IMG/VR virus record: IMGVR_UViG_3300035698_017129
Direction: 5' to 3' (one strand)
Length of the DNA: 64,000 bases
DNA from: an uncultured virus (IMG/VR IMGVR_UViG_3300035698_017129)
Taxonomy: Duplodnaviria; Heunggongvirae; Uroviricota; Caudoviricetes
Shown here: positions 37,402 through 47,481 of the stretch, piece after piece
How positions within the stretch are numbered: the stretch's first letter is position 1
Layout: each line of letters starts with the position of its first letter
Program-made: the position numbers and the translations under genes
Notes under the pieces: generated by a model
Databases searched by the model: none
What the model saw: the letters and a program-made list of their open reading frames with translations, nothing else
Told to the model about the DNA's origin: nothing

Positions 37402-38940
37402 ATGACGCATGATTCCGCTGTACGAACCGTAGTGAGCCTCGTCCCCGACATTGAAAAGCGTGGGGCGGTAGAAGTGCTGACCGAGTATGCGAACCAAGAA
37501 GACCTCCCACCGGCTCAGCTTGAGAAGTTGGCTCAGGTCTACAATACGCTGCGCACTGTGTCGCACATCGATACGGCCGACGAAGCCGATCGCGGTAACA
37601 CTGTCCCGTTGATCGATGTCCCCACGCTGACCGTTGGTTACGCCACCGGGCTAGATACGGAGAAGGCGGCCATGACACCGGTGTCGACGACGTCTCACGA
37701 CCCGCGCCTCGTCGACCTGAATCAAGCTCTCAAGCTGGAATTGTCAGCTGGACTGAACAAGGCAGCGTCGGAAGTCACTGTCGCATTGGAGGATGCCGCT
37801 ACTGCAGAACGCACACAGCTCTCCCGGGGCGAGACTGAATCAGCATTTCTTGACCTGGAGGTCGATCTGCAAGACGAGATCTCCAAGCTCGCCAGCGAAC
37901 TTTACACGGCGGCCCCGTTGGGTGAGGACCCGGAAGACCGGTCTTACACTTCGTCTCGTGACATTTCTGTGTTCGAGAAGGAGGCACTGCAGCATCAACC
38001 CGCAAGCGCCGTCAAGGCTGCCGGGGATTACCTTGAGAAGTTTGCAGCGCCACACCACACCAGTTTGGTCCGCTATGGCTACGATGAAGCGTTTGTGAAA
38101 TACGCTTACGAGGTGCCGCACGCCCTCGGTGAGAAGTTCGCAGCCCTGGCTACAACTCTCGGGACCTATGAGATCGTTAAACTTGCCGCTGGAGGCGACC
38201 CGACCACTATCGCGCAGCTCGGTAATAGTCCGGATGTGGCTCTGGATAATGAGTTCCTTGAGCCAGTTGAAGCGCCGAAACCTGAGGGCGAAGGTGAGGG
38301 CGAAGGTGAGGGTTCGGTTCTCGACGGCATAAGAACCGAGAATGCTGACAAAGATCTTACTGAAGGCTCGGAGCAGGACCCCGAGAAGGGCAATAAAGAT
38401 CGGCCTGACAGCGGCAGCAAAGATAACAAGGGCGGAGACAAAGATAATAAAGGTAGCGGAAGCAAGGGCGGCCCAGGAGACCGCGTTCTCGACGCTGTCG
38501 CAGCACCGTTCGCAGCTTTGGGAGGTAGCATCCAAGGCGCTGCTCAAAGAGCGGACGAAACACTTACCAGTATTACCGGTAAGGAGCGCGAGAACAAGGC
38601 ACAGAAGGACGTCGACATGAGCGTCGACGAAATTAAGCGCTCGATGAATGTGCGCCGCCTGATCGGGACAGACGAAGTCCTCCGCGAGGCCGACCCCAAG
38701 GAAGTCCTTGAGATCTACAACTCGATCGCAGCTCGCAACCCGGAGATCGCCGGCGACATGGGAGCCTTGAAACTTATTCTTCGTGAAGCCGTCAGCTACG
38801 AGGGCCTCACACTTGATTCGCAGAAACTCTTGTCCGAAGTGCGCCGCAACAGCCTACAAGGGCAGAAAGAGAGCGACGACCTCGACAAGAAACGCTACGC
38901 CGTCGGCGGGGCCAACCCTATTTCAATCGCCAAGGCTTAA
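37402..38940 (+). CDS. putative head-associated protein
   Basis: EKLA, EKAA, NKAA, VKYA, VKLA motifs; low-complexity EG and KD-rich linker. Confidence 0.7.
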   Translation: MTHDSAVRTVVSLVPDIEKRGAVEVLTEYANQEDLPPAQLEKLAQVYNTLRTVSHIDTADEADRGNTVPLIDVPTLTVGYATGLDTEKAAMTPVSTTSHDPRLVDLNQALKLELSAGLNKAASEVTVALEDAATAERTQLSRGETESAFLDLEVDLQDEISKLASELYTAAPLGEDPEDRSYTSSRDISVFEKEALQHQPASAVKAAGDYLEKFAAPHHTSLVRYGYDEAFVKYAYEVPHALGEKFAALATTLGTYEIVKLAAGGDPTTIAQLGNSPDVALDNEFLEPVEAPKPEGEGEGEGEGSVLDGIRTENADKDLTEGSEQDPEKGNKDRPDSGSKDNKGGDKDNKGSGSKGGPGDRVLDAVAAPFAALGGSIQGAAQRADETLTSITGKERENKAQKDVDMSVDEIKRSMNVRRLIGTDEVLREADPKEVLEIYNSIAARNPEIAGDMGALKLILREAVSYEGLTLDSQKLLSEVRRNSLQGQKESDDLDKKRYAVGGANPISIAKA

Positions 38941-38946
38941 ACAGTC

Positions 38947-39672
38947 ATGTCCACAGAAACTCCAGCGCCGACAGGTGGCGCACCGCAAACCGACGTCCTC
39001 AAGTCCATCATGCCCTACCTGCTCTCGGGCGGCGCAGGTGCTTTGGCTGGAGGCGCCTTAACCGGCCGACAGAAAAAAGACAAGGGCGAGGACCGAAAAG
39101 GTTACCTTACCCGGGTGCTCCGCAATGCGGTCGTGGCCGGTGGACTCGCTAGTGGTGGGCATGCTTTACTCAACAAAGGCGTTGATGCTGCGTCTGGTGG
39201 CTTGATCAGCGACTCAGCTGTCTCAGGTATCTCTCAAGAGGGGCCTCTCGAAACCGGAGTGAAGAACATTGCCTTCAGCCCTCTGACTGCCGTAGGTGCG
39301 GGTGCTGCAGCTCTTACAGCCACGGACAAAGGACGCCTGGGGCGCGGCAGCACTGCTGACGCCGTCACTGACCTCATTAATAAAAAAGCACCTGGGATTA
39401 CAGATGCTCACAGCGCGCGCCGTATGTCTCCTGGTGGCGGTACCGCGATCGACAATCTCGGTGACTCAATGCAGTCGCTACGACGAGAAGCCGGTATCCC
39501 AGCAGGTAAAGGCTGGCGCGGTGCGGTATCCAAGCTCACACGCCGAGGACCGCTAGCGACTTTCGGTCAAACTACCCCGCGACGTGTCGGTCGAGGGGCC
39601 CTTGGCCTCGCAGCCGCAGGAGTCCCAGCATTTCTGGGCGCGTTACTGACAAACAAATCTGAAGCAGCATAA
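38947..39672 (+). CDS. Gly-rich putative virion protein
   Basis: Hydrophobic Gly-rich segments; coupled to the protease gene. Confidence 0.65.
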   Translation: MSTETPAPTGGAPQTDVLKSIMPYLLSGGAGALAGGALTGRQKKDKGEDRKGYLTRVLRNAVVAGGLASGGHALLNKGVDAASGGLISDSAVSGISQEGPLETGVKNIAFSPLTAVGAGAAALTATDKGRLGRGSTADAVTDLINKKAPGITDAHSARRMSPGGGTAIDNLGDSMQSLRREAGIPAGKGWRGAVSKLTRRGPLATFGQTTPRRVGRGALGLAAAGVPAFLGALLTNKSEAA

Positions 39673-41120
39673 TGGAAAAATCATTCGCAACCGACGACAA
39701 TGACAAGCTTGCTGAAGCAGCCGGCGGTCGCATCTTCACGTTCTTCGAGAAGTCCAGCGGTCAGACGCACATTACGAAGTCCGCTTCTGATGTTATCAGC
39801 CGGCAGGACATGCAGGACCACATGCCGCCGGACGACCACTTCGGCGTCCACCTGATCACGATCGGGGCCGAGGAGACCTTTGGGGCAAACCGCAATGGAG
39901 ACTCCACCAGCCAGAAGGCGCTCGACGCACACCACGGTTCATTCGAGAAGTATGGGCACGTGTTCCGCGAGCACAAGAACAAGAATCATCTGACCGAGGG
40001 GATCGGCCAGGTCAAACTCGCCAGGGTAAACCCTAAGATGCACCGGGGTGAGCTTATCGCCTGGGTCGACAAGGACAAGGCGCCCGACATGTATAAGAAG
40101 GCCAAGGCCGGCAAGGAGCTGTCCTGGTCGATGTCCATGCGTCTACCGCACGACGAGTGCTCGTGCTGCCGCCAGAAGAGCGCCAGGACCACCGAATACT
40201 GTGATCACCTCAAGAACCACATGCTGGACTACGTGGACGGCTTCGAGAAGTATGCCTACGCCCGGAACGAGGACAACGTGAAGTATTTCGACATCAGCGA
40301 GGTAAAGCGCCGCGCTGACCGCATCGCCACCTACCTGGGTTACACTTTCAACGAGGGCGACATGGCCAAGGCTGCGTCCGCCGAGGGCACGATCATCACT
40401 GGAGCGCAGTGGGCCGAGCATCAGTTCGGTGTGTCACGCATCGTCCCGTTCACACCATGGGAGGACGGCACCCTTGAGAAGCTGGCTGAAGCTGGCGAGT
40501 TCGTCCGGCACGCAGACGAGGACACCCGGAACGCATTGTCTCAGATGGGGCCGCAAAACCTGTCGCAGGAGCAGATCGAAGTTCTGGCCCAGCCTGACTT
40601 CCGCTCAGTCGGCGGCGAGCTGGCCAAAAGTGCCATGCTCCTCAACTTCCCGACCTTCGCCTCGTTGGTCACCGGTGACTCGATCGAGTCACTCAGCAAG
40701 AACGCCGCGTGTTGCGACGCCGCAGACGCTAAATTACCATCGCTCCTCAACGACCTAAGTCTGCAGGGCGGCTCCGATTGCGGAGAAGATGTGGCGGATT
40801 CGGTTGCTCCAGACGAGGTCGGGTGTTCTTTTTCTCCGGGCAAGGACAGCATCGACACTTTGATGTCGGAGACTGGTGACAGCCTGGGTATGGACCAGCA
40901 CCAGACCAAGAACCGCAGCATGAGCGTCATCATCATGAAGTCCGCAAGTCTTCGCAGCCCGTCGCCTACAAGGGATCTCGACCCATTCTACGAAGGTTTG
41001 GTGAGCGCTTACGGGCACTACCTCGTGAAGGCCGCGCACCAGATTAAAGACCTCCCCGGAGTGTCCCCACACAACTTTTACAGAAGTATTGCGGCGAGCC
41101 TAATGATAAGCTCCGCATAA
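39672..41120 (+). CDS. putative prohead (maturation) serine protease
   Basis: NRNGD, VFREH (candidate His) and WSMSM (candidate Ser) followed by DECSCC...CDHL; lies upstream of the scaffold and capsid genes. Confidence 0.65.
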   Translation: MEKSFATDDNDKLAEAAGGRIFTFFEKSSGQTHITKSASDVISRQDMQDHMPPDDHFGVHLITIGAEETFGANRNGDSTSQKALDAHHGSFEKYGHVFREHKNKNHLTEGIGQVKLARVNPKMHRGELIAWVDKDKAPDMYKKAKAGKELSWSMSMRLPHDECSCCRQKSARTTEYCDHLKNHMLDYVDGFEKYAYARNEDNVKYFDISEVKRRADRIATYLGYTFNEGDMAKAASAEGTIITGAQWAEHQFGVSRIVPFTPWEDGTLEKLAEAGEFVRHADEDTRNALSQMGPQNLSQEQIEVLAQPDFRSVGGELAKSAMLLNFPTFASLVTGDSIESLSKNAACCDAADAKLPSLLNDLSLQGGSDCGEDVADSVAPDEVGCSFSPGKDSIDTLMSETGDSLGMDQHQTKNRSMSVIIMKSASLRSPSPTRDLDPFYEGLVSAYGHYLVKAAHQIKDLPGVSPHNFYRSIAASLMISSA

Positions 41121-41215
41121 ATAGTTGCCATTACCCCCGGTATCCTGCATACTTTCCTAGTAAATATTCACAGGCAAAAACGCCTGAACAAATTACAAAA
41201 AACCTGAAAACTACC

Positions 41216-42328
41216 ATGGCCAATAACCAAGTTAAAGTGGTTGCAGCTATTCGCTCTTACGCGGAAAAGATCGCAACTGAGAAAGCAGCCGCCAACGAAG
41301 GTGCTCCAGACCGGATGACGGTCGCGGACGGCCAGGGCGGAATCACAGCATCCGGAGCCAGCGTCCCTCACGACGTTGGCGAAGATGAACTCAAAACTGA
41401 CCAACCAACCGACGGAACCCCTCGTAAGGGCGCTGAAGTGCCGGTAGGCAGTCCGGACCGTATGGGTCCTACTGACGGTCAAGGCGGAATTACCGTAACA
41501 CCGGGGACCATCCCTAAGGATCCAGGTGAAGCTGAGCTCAAGGCCGACCAACCCGCAGACGGCGCAGTTCGTAAGGCTGCCACACTCTCCAAGCGCGCCG
41601 GAAACATTCGGGACGCACTTTGCAAGGCAAACCCTGCCATCGCTGAGAGACTCGGCAAGCAGGCCACATCGGACGTTGCTCCTACTGATGTGATCCCCAT
41701 GGACACGCCAGCAGCAACTGTCCCGGACATCGAACTCAGCCAGTCTACCTTGGCTAAGATCGCTTCCACGGTTCTGGCAACGGACGCCGGACAACGCTTC
41801 GTGCACGACACCCTTGAGAAGGCTGCCGGCGAAACAGCTGCCCGCGCCCAGATCCAGGAGGCACTCGTTGCTTCCCAGGTCATGGACCAGAGCGAGCAGA
41901 TTAAGTCTGCTGCTTACGATGACCTCAACGAAAAGGTTATGACCATCCACGCCTCCCTTGAGGAGCACGGCATCACTGATGCTGACGCTGACGCCATCAT
42001 CAAGCAGGCCGGCGTTCTCCAGGAGAAGCTCAATTCCTACGATAATCCATTGCTCAAGCGGGCTTACGCCGGTGGCATGGATGACGCAGCTTTACTCGCC
42101 GGAGCCGATGAGGCTGCTGGTGAAGAAGGTATGCCACCTGTCGAAGAGGCAATGCCAATGGGCGGCGAAGATCTCGGAGAAGAGGAGATTATGGCCCTGC
42201 TCGAGGAGATGCTCGCATCCGGGCAGATCTCTGAGGAAGACATCATGCAAGCCGTATCGGCAACCGAAGGCGGCGGGGAAGAAATTCCTGGTGCTGAGGT
42301 CCCAGAAGAGGAGCCAGTGTTGGCCTAA
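41216..42328 (+). CDS. putative capsid scaffolding protein
   Basis: Acidic and helical, many KxA sites, internal duplication PDRMxxxDGQGGIT...ELKxDQPxDG; lies between protease and capsid. Confidence 0.55.
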   Translation: MANNQVKVVAAIRSYAEKIATEKAAANEGAPDRMTVADGQGGITASGASVPHDVGEDELKTDQPTDGTPRKGAEVPVGSPDRMGPTDGQGGITVTPGTIPKDPGEAELKADQPADGAVRKAATLSKRAGNIRDALCKANPAIAERLGKQATSDVAPTDVIPMDTPAATVPDIELSQSTLAKIASTVLATDAGQRFVHDTLEKAAGETAARAQIQEALVASQVMDQSEQIKSAAYDDLNEKVMTIHASLEEHGITDADADAIIKQAGVLQEKLNSYDNPLLKRAYAGGMDDAALLAGADEAAGEEGMPPVEEAMPMGGEDLGEEEIMALLEEMLASGQISEEDIMQAVSATEGGGEEIPGAEVPEEEPVLA

Positions 42329-42360
42329 ACCCCCTCGCAGGAATACAACTCACACACTTG

Positions 42361-42777
42361 ATGAACGAAGCTGCTTTTAATGAACTGGTTGGGGTGATCG
42401 ATGAAGCCATCGATCTAGCTGATCACGCAGTAAAAGCCGCTGAAGAGGCGAGCAAGCAAACCCCTGAACCAGTGACCCTGGTGAAGGTGGCTGCTGCTCA
42501 GTGTCGCAGCGCTGCTATCGACCTCATCAAGACGGGCTCTTTCTCGGATCACACCGTGGAAAGCCTGACACACACTCTCGAGAACGCCGGCCCTGCCGAA
42601 ATTCTCGTGTTAATGGAGAAGCTGGCCTCCAAAGCCGTGTTTTCAATCGACGCCGAATCGGTGCTTGATGGAGACCTGGTGGAAAAGTCAGCCGCATCCC
42701 GGATGGATGCCGTGCCCCAAGATGAATCCAACACCGACCTTTGGGTAAGGTGTTGTGACGAAGTTGGGCTTGGTTGA
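42361..42777 (+). CDS. putative head assembly protein
   Basis: VKAA, VKVAA, EKLAS, EKSAA motifs. Confidence 0.6.
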   Translation: MNEAAFNELVGVIDEAIDLADHAVKAAEEASKQTPEPVTLVKVAAAQCRSAAIDLIKTGSFSDHTVESLTHTLENAGPAEILVLMEKLASKAVFSIDAESVLDGDLVEKSAASRMDAVPQDESNTDLWVRCCDEVGLG

Positions 42778-42820
42778 TGTGCCGGACTTAACCAACAAAA
42801 AACAAAACGAAAGAAACGAC

Positions 42821-43375
42821 ATGGATTACGGTGTTACTAAGCGCATCATGCGCGCAAAGCTCCCAGTGGATGTTCCTCGCGGCTTCAGCCCTACGGAACC
42901 CACCAAGTTGTCGTCCCTCGCCCCGCCAATCGACGGAGAGGCTATCTATTCGGGAATGTTGCTTGTTAAAGCGACGGGACTTGTCAATGGTGTTAGCACC
43001 ACTGGCGCGTTCCGCAAAGCTGAGGTCGCCGACGCGGCAGTTCAGCATCAGTCGTTTTACATTGCACTTCACGACCAAGACAGCCACGACGCACAGGCGG
43101 CAGGCGGCATTGTCGGGCTTGACTGCTCCGATGATTACGAGATTAAAACGGGCTATTACGATTCAGGTATTACCTGGGTTGTAGGCGATCCTGTCACTGC
43201 AGACGCAGATGGTGTTATCACCGAAGCGGCTACCGGTGATTACATCGTCGGTTACGTCACCAAGATCGGAGCCGCTGGTGCCGGTATTGCATACGTCGGC
43301 AAGACCCCGTCTGCTACTGACCCGCTTACATTGCAGTTTAAGACTGCAGCTAACGGCGTTAAAGTTGTTGCATAA
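42821..43375 (+). CDS. putative capsid decoration/cement protein
   Basis: Beta-rich; WVVGDPVTADADG...IVGYV pattern; immediately upstream of the capsid gene. Confidence 0.55.
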   Translation: MDYGVTKRIMRAKLPVDVPRGFSPTEPTKLSSLAPPIDGEAIYSGMLLVKATGLVNGVSTTGAFRKAEVADAAVQHQSFYIALHDQDSHDAQAAGGIVGLDCSDDYEIKTGYYDSGITWVVGDPVTADADGVITEAATGDYIVGYVTKIGAAGAGIAYVGKTPSATDPLTLQFKTAANGVKVVA

Positions 43376-43418
43376 GCCGTAACGGTATAAACCCACAAAA
43401 CTAAAAGGAAATACTATT

Positions 43419-44393
43419 ATGTCTGACCAAGAACAAGCAAAAGACCTTCTCGTAAAGAGAAATTTAATCGACGATGTCCTCAACTCTGATGACGGTATCG
43501 TGAAAAAGGCATCCGCCGCCACATCCAAAGCTACGCGGACTCAAATCCGGGAAGAAGGATTTCAGCGTGCGATTCTGTCGTTCGATAAGATCACCAACGA
43601 TGACCTGGATTACTTCGGTGATTCGGAGCTCCCCGGTGTGTGGTTTGAACTCGAGCCTGATTCGCCACCTGCACGTATGATCCCATACAATGACACTCCA
43701 AACACCTTTGCGTATCGCGCAGAGAAGTATGTTGTGCTCATCACTGTGATCACTACGGACGAGGCGACGAAAAACGTCAACCACCTCAGGACGTATAAGA
43801 CGGATATCCGTCAGATCGTCAACGACAACATGCTACGCGACATCCACACCGCAGAAGATACCAGCTTCATCGCTGAGATCGACCGCATCGTGGGCGCCTC
43901 TGACACCTACGCCAATACTGAAAACGCCGCTCCCGGCGCGATTCAGCACACGGACATGGGTGCCTCAACCTTCAACCGTCAAGGTATGAAGCGTGCGATG
44001 AGCTATCTCATTGAGCGACAACTTCCACCCGGCGTGTTCCTTGTGAACCAGCGGACTGCGAATGAGTTCCTCGGATGGCAGCGTGATGAAATGGGTGGCG
44101 ATCTCTCGCAAGACTTGGCCCGTAAGGGACTCAAGGCTCTCGAGACCTTCGAGATGTTCGGTGTTCCGTTCATCAGCACTATCAAGAATGATCTTATCGC
44201 CAACGGCTACATGTATCAGTTCGCTCCTAAGGAGTTTCTTGGTAACGCTCTGATGCTCGAAGACATCACCGTCACGATCAAGAAGGAGTACGACATCATT
44301 CGGATGCGCGCTCAGGAGCAAGTCGGTCTCACGATCGGTAACACCCTGGGTCTCCAAAAACTCAAATACACAATGACTTTGCCGACTGCCTAA
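43419..44393 (+). CDS. major capsid protein (HK97-like fold, predicted)
   Basis: 324 aa; IREEGFQRAIL, DIHTAEDTSFI, MFGVPFISTIK, EFLG patterns; gene order; strong terminator downstream. Confidence 0.7.
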   Translation: MSDQEQAKDLLVKRNLIDDVLNSDDGIVKKASAATSKATRTQIREEGFQRAILSFDKITNDDLDYFGDSELPGVWFELEPDSPPARMIPYNDTPNTFAYRAEKYVVLITVITTDEATKNVNHLRTYKTDIRQIVNDNMLRDIHTAEDTSFIAEIDRIVGASDTYANTENAAPGAIQHTDMGASTFNRQGMKRAMSYLIERQLPPGVFLVNQRTANEFLGWQRDEMGGDLSQDLARKGLKALETFEMFGVPFISTIKNDLIANGYMYQFAPKEFLGNALMLEDITVTIKKEYDIIRMRAQEQVGLTIGNTLGLQKLKYTMTLPTA

Positions 44394-44420
44394 GGGTAGT
44401 TGACTTCATTGTCACTTTAG

Positions 44421-44456
44421 AGAGGGCGTCTGTTGGAAACAACAGGCGCCCTTTTT
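44421..44456 (+). terminator. intrinsic terminator after the capsid gene
   Basis: AGGGCGTCTGTT-GGAAAC-AACAGGCGCCCT followed by Ts. Confidence 0.75.
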
Positions 44457-44492
44457 ATTGCCATAAGGCCCGCGTCAGATTACTCTTCACAT

Positions 44493-45533
44493 ATGACCGA
44501 CTCGTTGTCCCAGGAGTTTGCGACCTCCTTCCTCACCACCTGCTTTGAAGCAGGCCTCAGTAAAGAGGCTGCAGCCGAGCTCCTACAGAAGGAAACAGTA
44601 GACCTCGAACTCGCCGCTAGGCCGGCGTTCGCGGCTGGCTACACCAAGGTAGCCGGTGAGTTCCCGGGTGGTCTCCGTCCAGTTATTCTCGACTACGAGT
44701 TTGAGAAGCTTGCCGCAGTTGATCCTAAGGGACTTCGCCTCATGTGGGACAGCATGAGAGGTCTATTCACTGGCGGCGGGCAAGCGCTGGGCTCTGGGGG
44801 TCGTGCTGCCGCTACTGCAGGCGGTAAAGTCCGACACAGTAGAGCCGTCACCAGTAATCCATTTGGTAACCTCCTGGGAGGCATGGCGGTCGCAGGCGGA
44901 ACTGGCTACGGTATCAATCAGTGGTTGAACCGGGACAATAATTTATCCGGGCAGGGCGGAGGTCCATTCTTCTCGCCGAGTGGTTACAACCCGAAAGCCT
45001 ACGGCAAGCAATACGACCGCGAGCTCTACAAGACACACGGACCTGGCATCTTCGCTCACAACAAAGAATATTTCGGAAGCAAGAGCCGGCGCGACGAGCT
45101 GGAGAAGGGGCTCGAGTCGGGCCAGGCTGGGGCCGGAGCTTACCACGAGCTACAAGACCTCAACAGAGAGCACGCCACGCTAGGCAAGCAGCGGAAGCAC
45201 TTCATGAGCGGCCTGGACGAGGCGCAGGCAGACAGTGCCGGCCTCATGGACCGTATCGCTAAGCGGCAGGGGCAACTGGAGTCGCAGCGGACATCAATCT
45301 GGGGAGCCCCTAAACGGATGTGGCTCTCCGCTACTGGACGTAAGCCGCAGGAGTATTTCGACAATCAGATCGGCGGCCTGCAAAACAGATCAGCCCAGGC
45401 GAGGATGCGGCATGATCTCGCCAAGGACCAACGGGGCATGATGTGGCGCGGCGACACCCAACACAAGGTTGATAAGCAACCGACACACCAAGCAATGCAG
45501 GAGGAATTCTTCCCCCGGTTCAACACCAATTAA
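44493..45533 (+). CDS. putative internal virion protein
   Basis: SKEAA, TKVAG, FEKLAA; leaderless promoter TTGCCA-N17-TACTCT. Confidence 0.65.
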   Translation: MTDSLSQEFATSFLTTCFEAGLSKEAAAELLQKETVDLELAARPAFAAGYTKVAGEFPGGLRPVILDYEFEKLAAVDPKGLRLMWDSMRGLFTGGGQALGSGGRAAATAGGKVRHSRAVTSNPFGNLLGGMAVAGGTGYGINQWLNRDNNLSGQGGGPFFSPSGYNPKAYGKQYDRELYKTHGPGIFAHNKEYFGSKSRRDELEKGLESGQAGAGAYHELQDLNREHATLGKQRKHFMSGLDEAQADSAGLMDRIAKRQGQLESQRTSIWGAPKRMWLSATGRKPQEYFDNQIGGLQNRSAQARMRHDLAKDQRGMMWRGDTQHKVDKQPTHQAMQEEFFPRFNTN

Positions 45534-45956
45534 ATGGCTGACTACATCACAACGGACGACGTCCGGGAGGAAATGCTGGACATGGTAGCGGAGAACCACC
45601 TGGTGCTTGCTGACCTCGCTTTCACGAACGACGACATTAAGTGGGCGATGAAGTCTTGCGCCCGGAAGTTCAACTCAATCAAGCCGATGGTCGTCGCGAC
45701 CACCTGGGATGAACTGCCTATCAACTCCTCTGTGTTCATGGACGGGATCGCGTGGGCCTTGCTGCGTCGCTGGCACCGCAACGTATCGATGAACGACTAC
45801 GACTTCGTAGCGGACGGCGTGAGCGCCAATGTGCAGGGGTCACTCCTCAAGAACCTTGAGAGGCTCCGCGACAAGCTCGAGCAGGAATTTGTTGAATACG
45901 CCACTGACCTGAAGGTGATGATCAACCTGGAGGGTGCTTACGGAAACATAGGATGA
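45534..45956 (+). CDS. putative head-tail adaptor
   Basis: MADYITTDDVR N-terminus is typical of gp6/gp15-type adaptors; position fits. Confidence 0.55.
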   Translation: MADYITTDDVREEMLDMVAENHLVLADLAFTNDDIKWAMKSCARKFNSIKPMVVATTWDELPINSSVFMDGIAWALLRRWHRNVSMNDYDFVADGVSANVQGSLLKNLERLRDKLEQEFVEYATDLKVMINLEGAYGNIG

Positions 45957-46603
45957 CGCCATTTGCCCAACTCAACTCCCTGGAGAAGTCGGCGTATCAA
46001 CCCCAGCCTGGCTACCAGTACCAACGCAACGAGGCGTCTGGCCTGAACAGCCCTTACGCTGTCACGCCTCAAGAAGGGACGACTGCAGCCATGCAGGCTA
46101 CGCCCAGGCGCGGAGAGTTTAAGAACCCCTGGGCAGACGTCGGTATGAGCATGATCCCCGGTGTAGGATCCGTATACCTGGGTAACAAAGCTTACAATGA
46201 CTTCCGCCGTGGTAACTGGGGGTCGGGCATCGGTAATACATTATTCGCCGGTCTGTCCCTCATCCCAGGCGCTGGCGCGATCGGCGGCGGTATTAAGGGT
46301 ATCGGTAAAGGGGGTATGGCCGTAGCAAACGGGATGCGAGCTGGTATGGCCACCACCGGTGGGTTGGGGTTAAAAGGAACCCTGGGTATCGGCGCTGCAG
46401 GAGCAGCCGCCCCCATGTTGGATCCTAAGAAGCCAGCTCCAAACGCCTACAACTCGCCTACAACCAACCAACCAGGGAACCTCCAGCAGTTCATGGTGAA
46501 CTCCATGGTGAGTAACGGGGCAGGTCCTCCACCAACCAGCTGGTTCAGCAATATGAGGAACAAGACGTTCCCTTCTCCTGCTGAGCAGCCGAATTTTCGA
46601 TGA
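45953..46603 (+). CDS. putative internal virion protein, Gly-rich
   Basis: MTPFAQLNSLEKSA; MIPGVG...LSLIPGAG toxin-TG-like hydrophobic hairpin. Confidence 0.6.
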   Translation: MTPFAQLNSLEKSAYQPQPGYQYQRNEASGLNSPYAVTPQEGTTAAMQATPRRGEFKNPWADVGMSMIPGVGSVYLGNKAYNDFRRGNWGSGIGNTLFAGLSLIPGAGAIGGGIKGIGKGGMAVANGMRAGMATTGGLGLKGTLGIGAAGAAAPMLDPKKPAPNAYNSPTTNQPGNLQQFMVNSMVSNGAGPPPTSWFSNMRNKTFPSPAEQPNFR

Positions 46604-47481
46604 GCGTCTTCAGAAACGTAAGAGTTTATCCCAGTCATGGCACCAGAACGGCAGTCATCACCTGGACACTCGCCGCTGGGACAGACCAGGGGGACGTCTT
46701 CGTAGCCTTCTCCGAGACTGGAACGGCTGGTAGCTGGAACGCAGTTAATGCCGCCGATCCTGCACCATCCGAAGTCGGGATGTATCAGGACTCCAACCTG
46801 GTCATGGATGCTGGCACGATCGACGGCTTCTACCGTTTGCTGCTCGCAACCGACGGAGCCGAGGAGTTCTACTCTGAACCGTTTCAGATCCTGGGTGACG
46901 TAACACCGCGTGAATACGGTATCATCCGGGGCATGATCCATCAGGAATACACGCAGATGCGAGTGTGCAATGGGTTCCCTATCTGGCACTGCATCCCTCG
47001 CGGTCACGGTGCGCCGGCCCTCACGATCGACCCGGACACAGGGAAGCAAGAGGGCGAGGAGTGTGATGAGGCCGACGACGCTGTGAAATCCTACGGCCTC
47101 CCCTTTCAAGGTGGGTTCTACCCGCCGATCCTCACTTGGATGCGTGTTCTGAATTCCGCCGAGGGGCTGCAGGATGATCCGGAAGACTTTTCACCGAGCG
47201 AGATTACGAAGACGTCGGTCAGGTTCTTGACGTTTCCTCGGCCCCGTCGAGGTCATATGATCGTCGACCCCACGACTGACCGCCGTTACCTGGTAGGGGA
47301 CGAGGTGAAGCCTCTCCGCCTGCGGGGCGTTGTGCCGATCGCTTTCAACGCCACGCTTGAGTTCCTGCAGCAGGCCGACGAGCGTTACCAGTTCCCCACT
47401 CCAGCGATCGACACGAAGTCCTACCGTCGGATACCCTACTGGGACCCAAGCACCATTAATCCCTTTCCTGCTGAAGCCTGA
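46600..47481 (+). CDS. putative neck/head-closure protein
   Basis: Position between adaptor and tail genes; coupled start and stop. Confidence 0.5.
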   Translation: MSVFRNVRVYPSHGTRTAVITWTLAAGTDQGDVFVAFSETGTAGSWNAVNAADPAPSEVGMYQDSNLVMDAGTIDGFYRLLLATDGAEEFYSEPFQILGDVTPREYGIIRGMIHQEYTQMRVCNGFPIWHCIPRGHGAPALTIDPDTGKQEGEECDEADDAVKSYGLPFQGGFYPPILTWMRVLNSAEGLQDDPEDFSPSEITKTSVRFLTFPRPRRGHMIVDPTTDRRYLVGDEVKPLRLRGVVPIAFNATLEFLQQADERYQFPTPAIDTKSYRRIPYWDPSTINPFPAEA

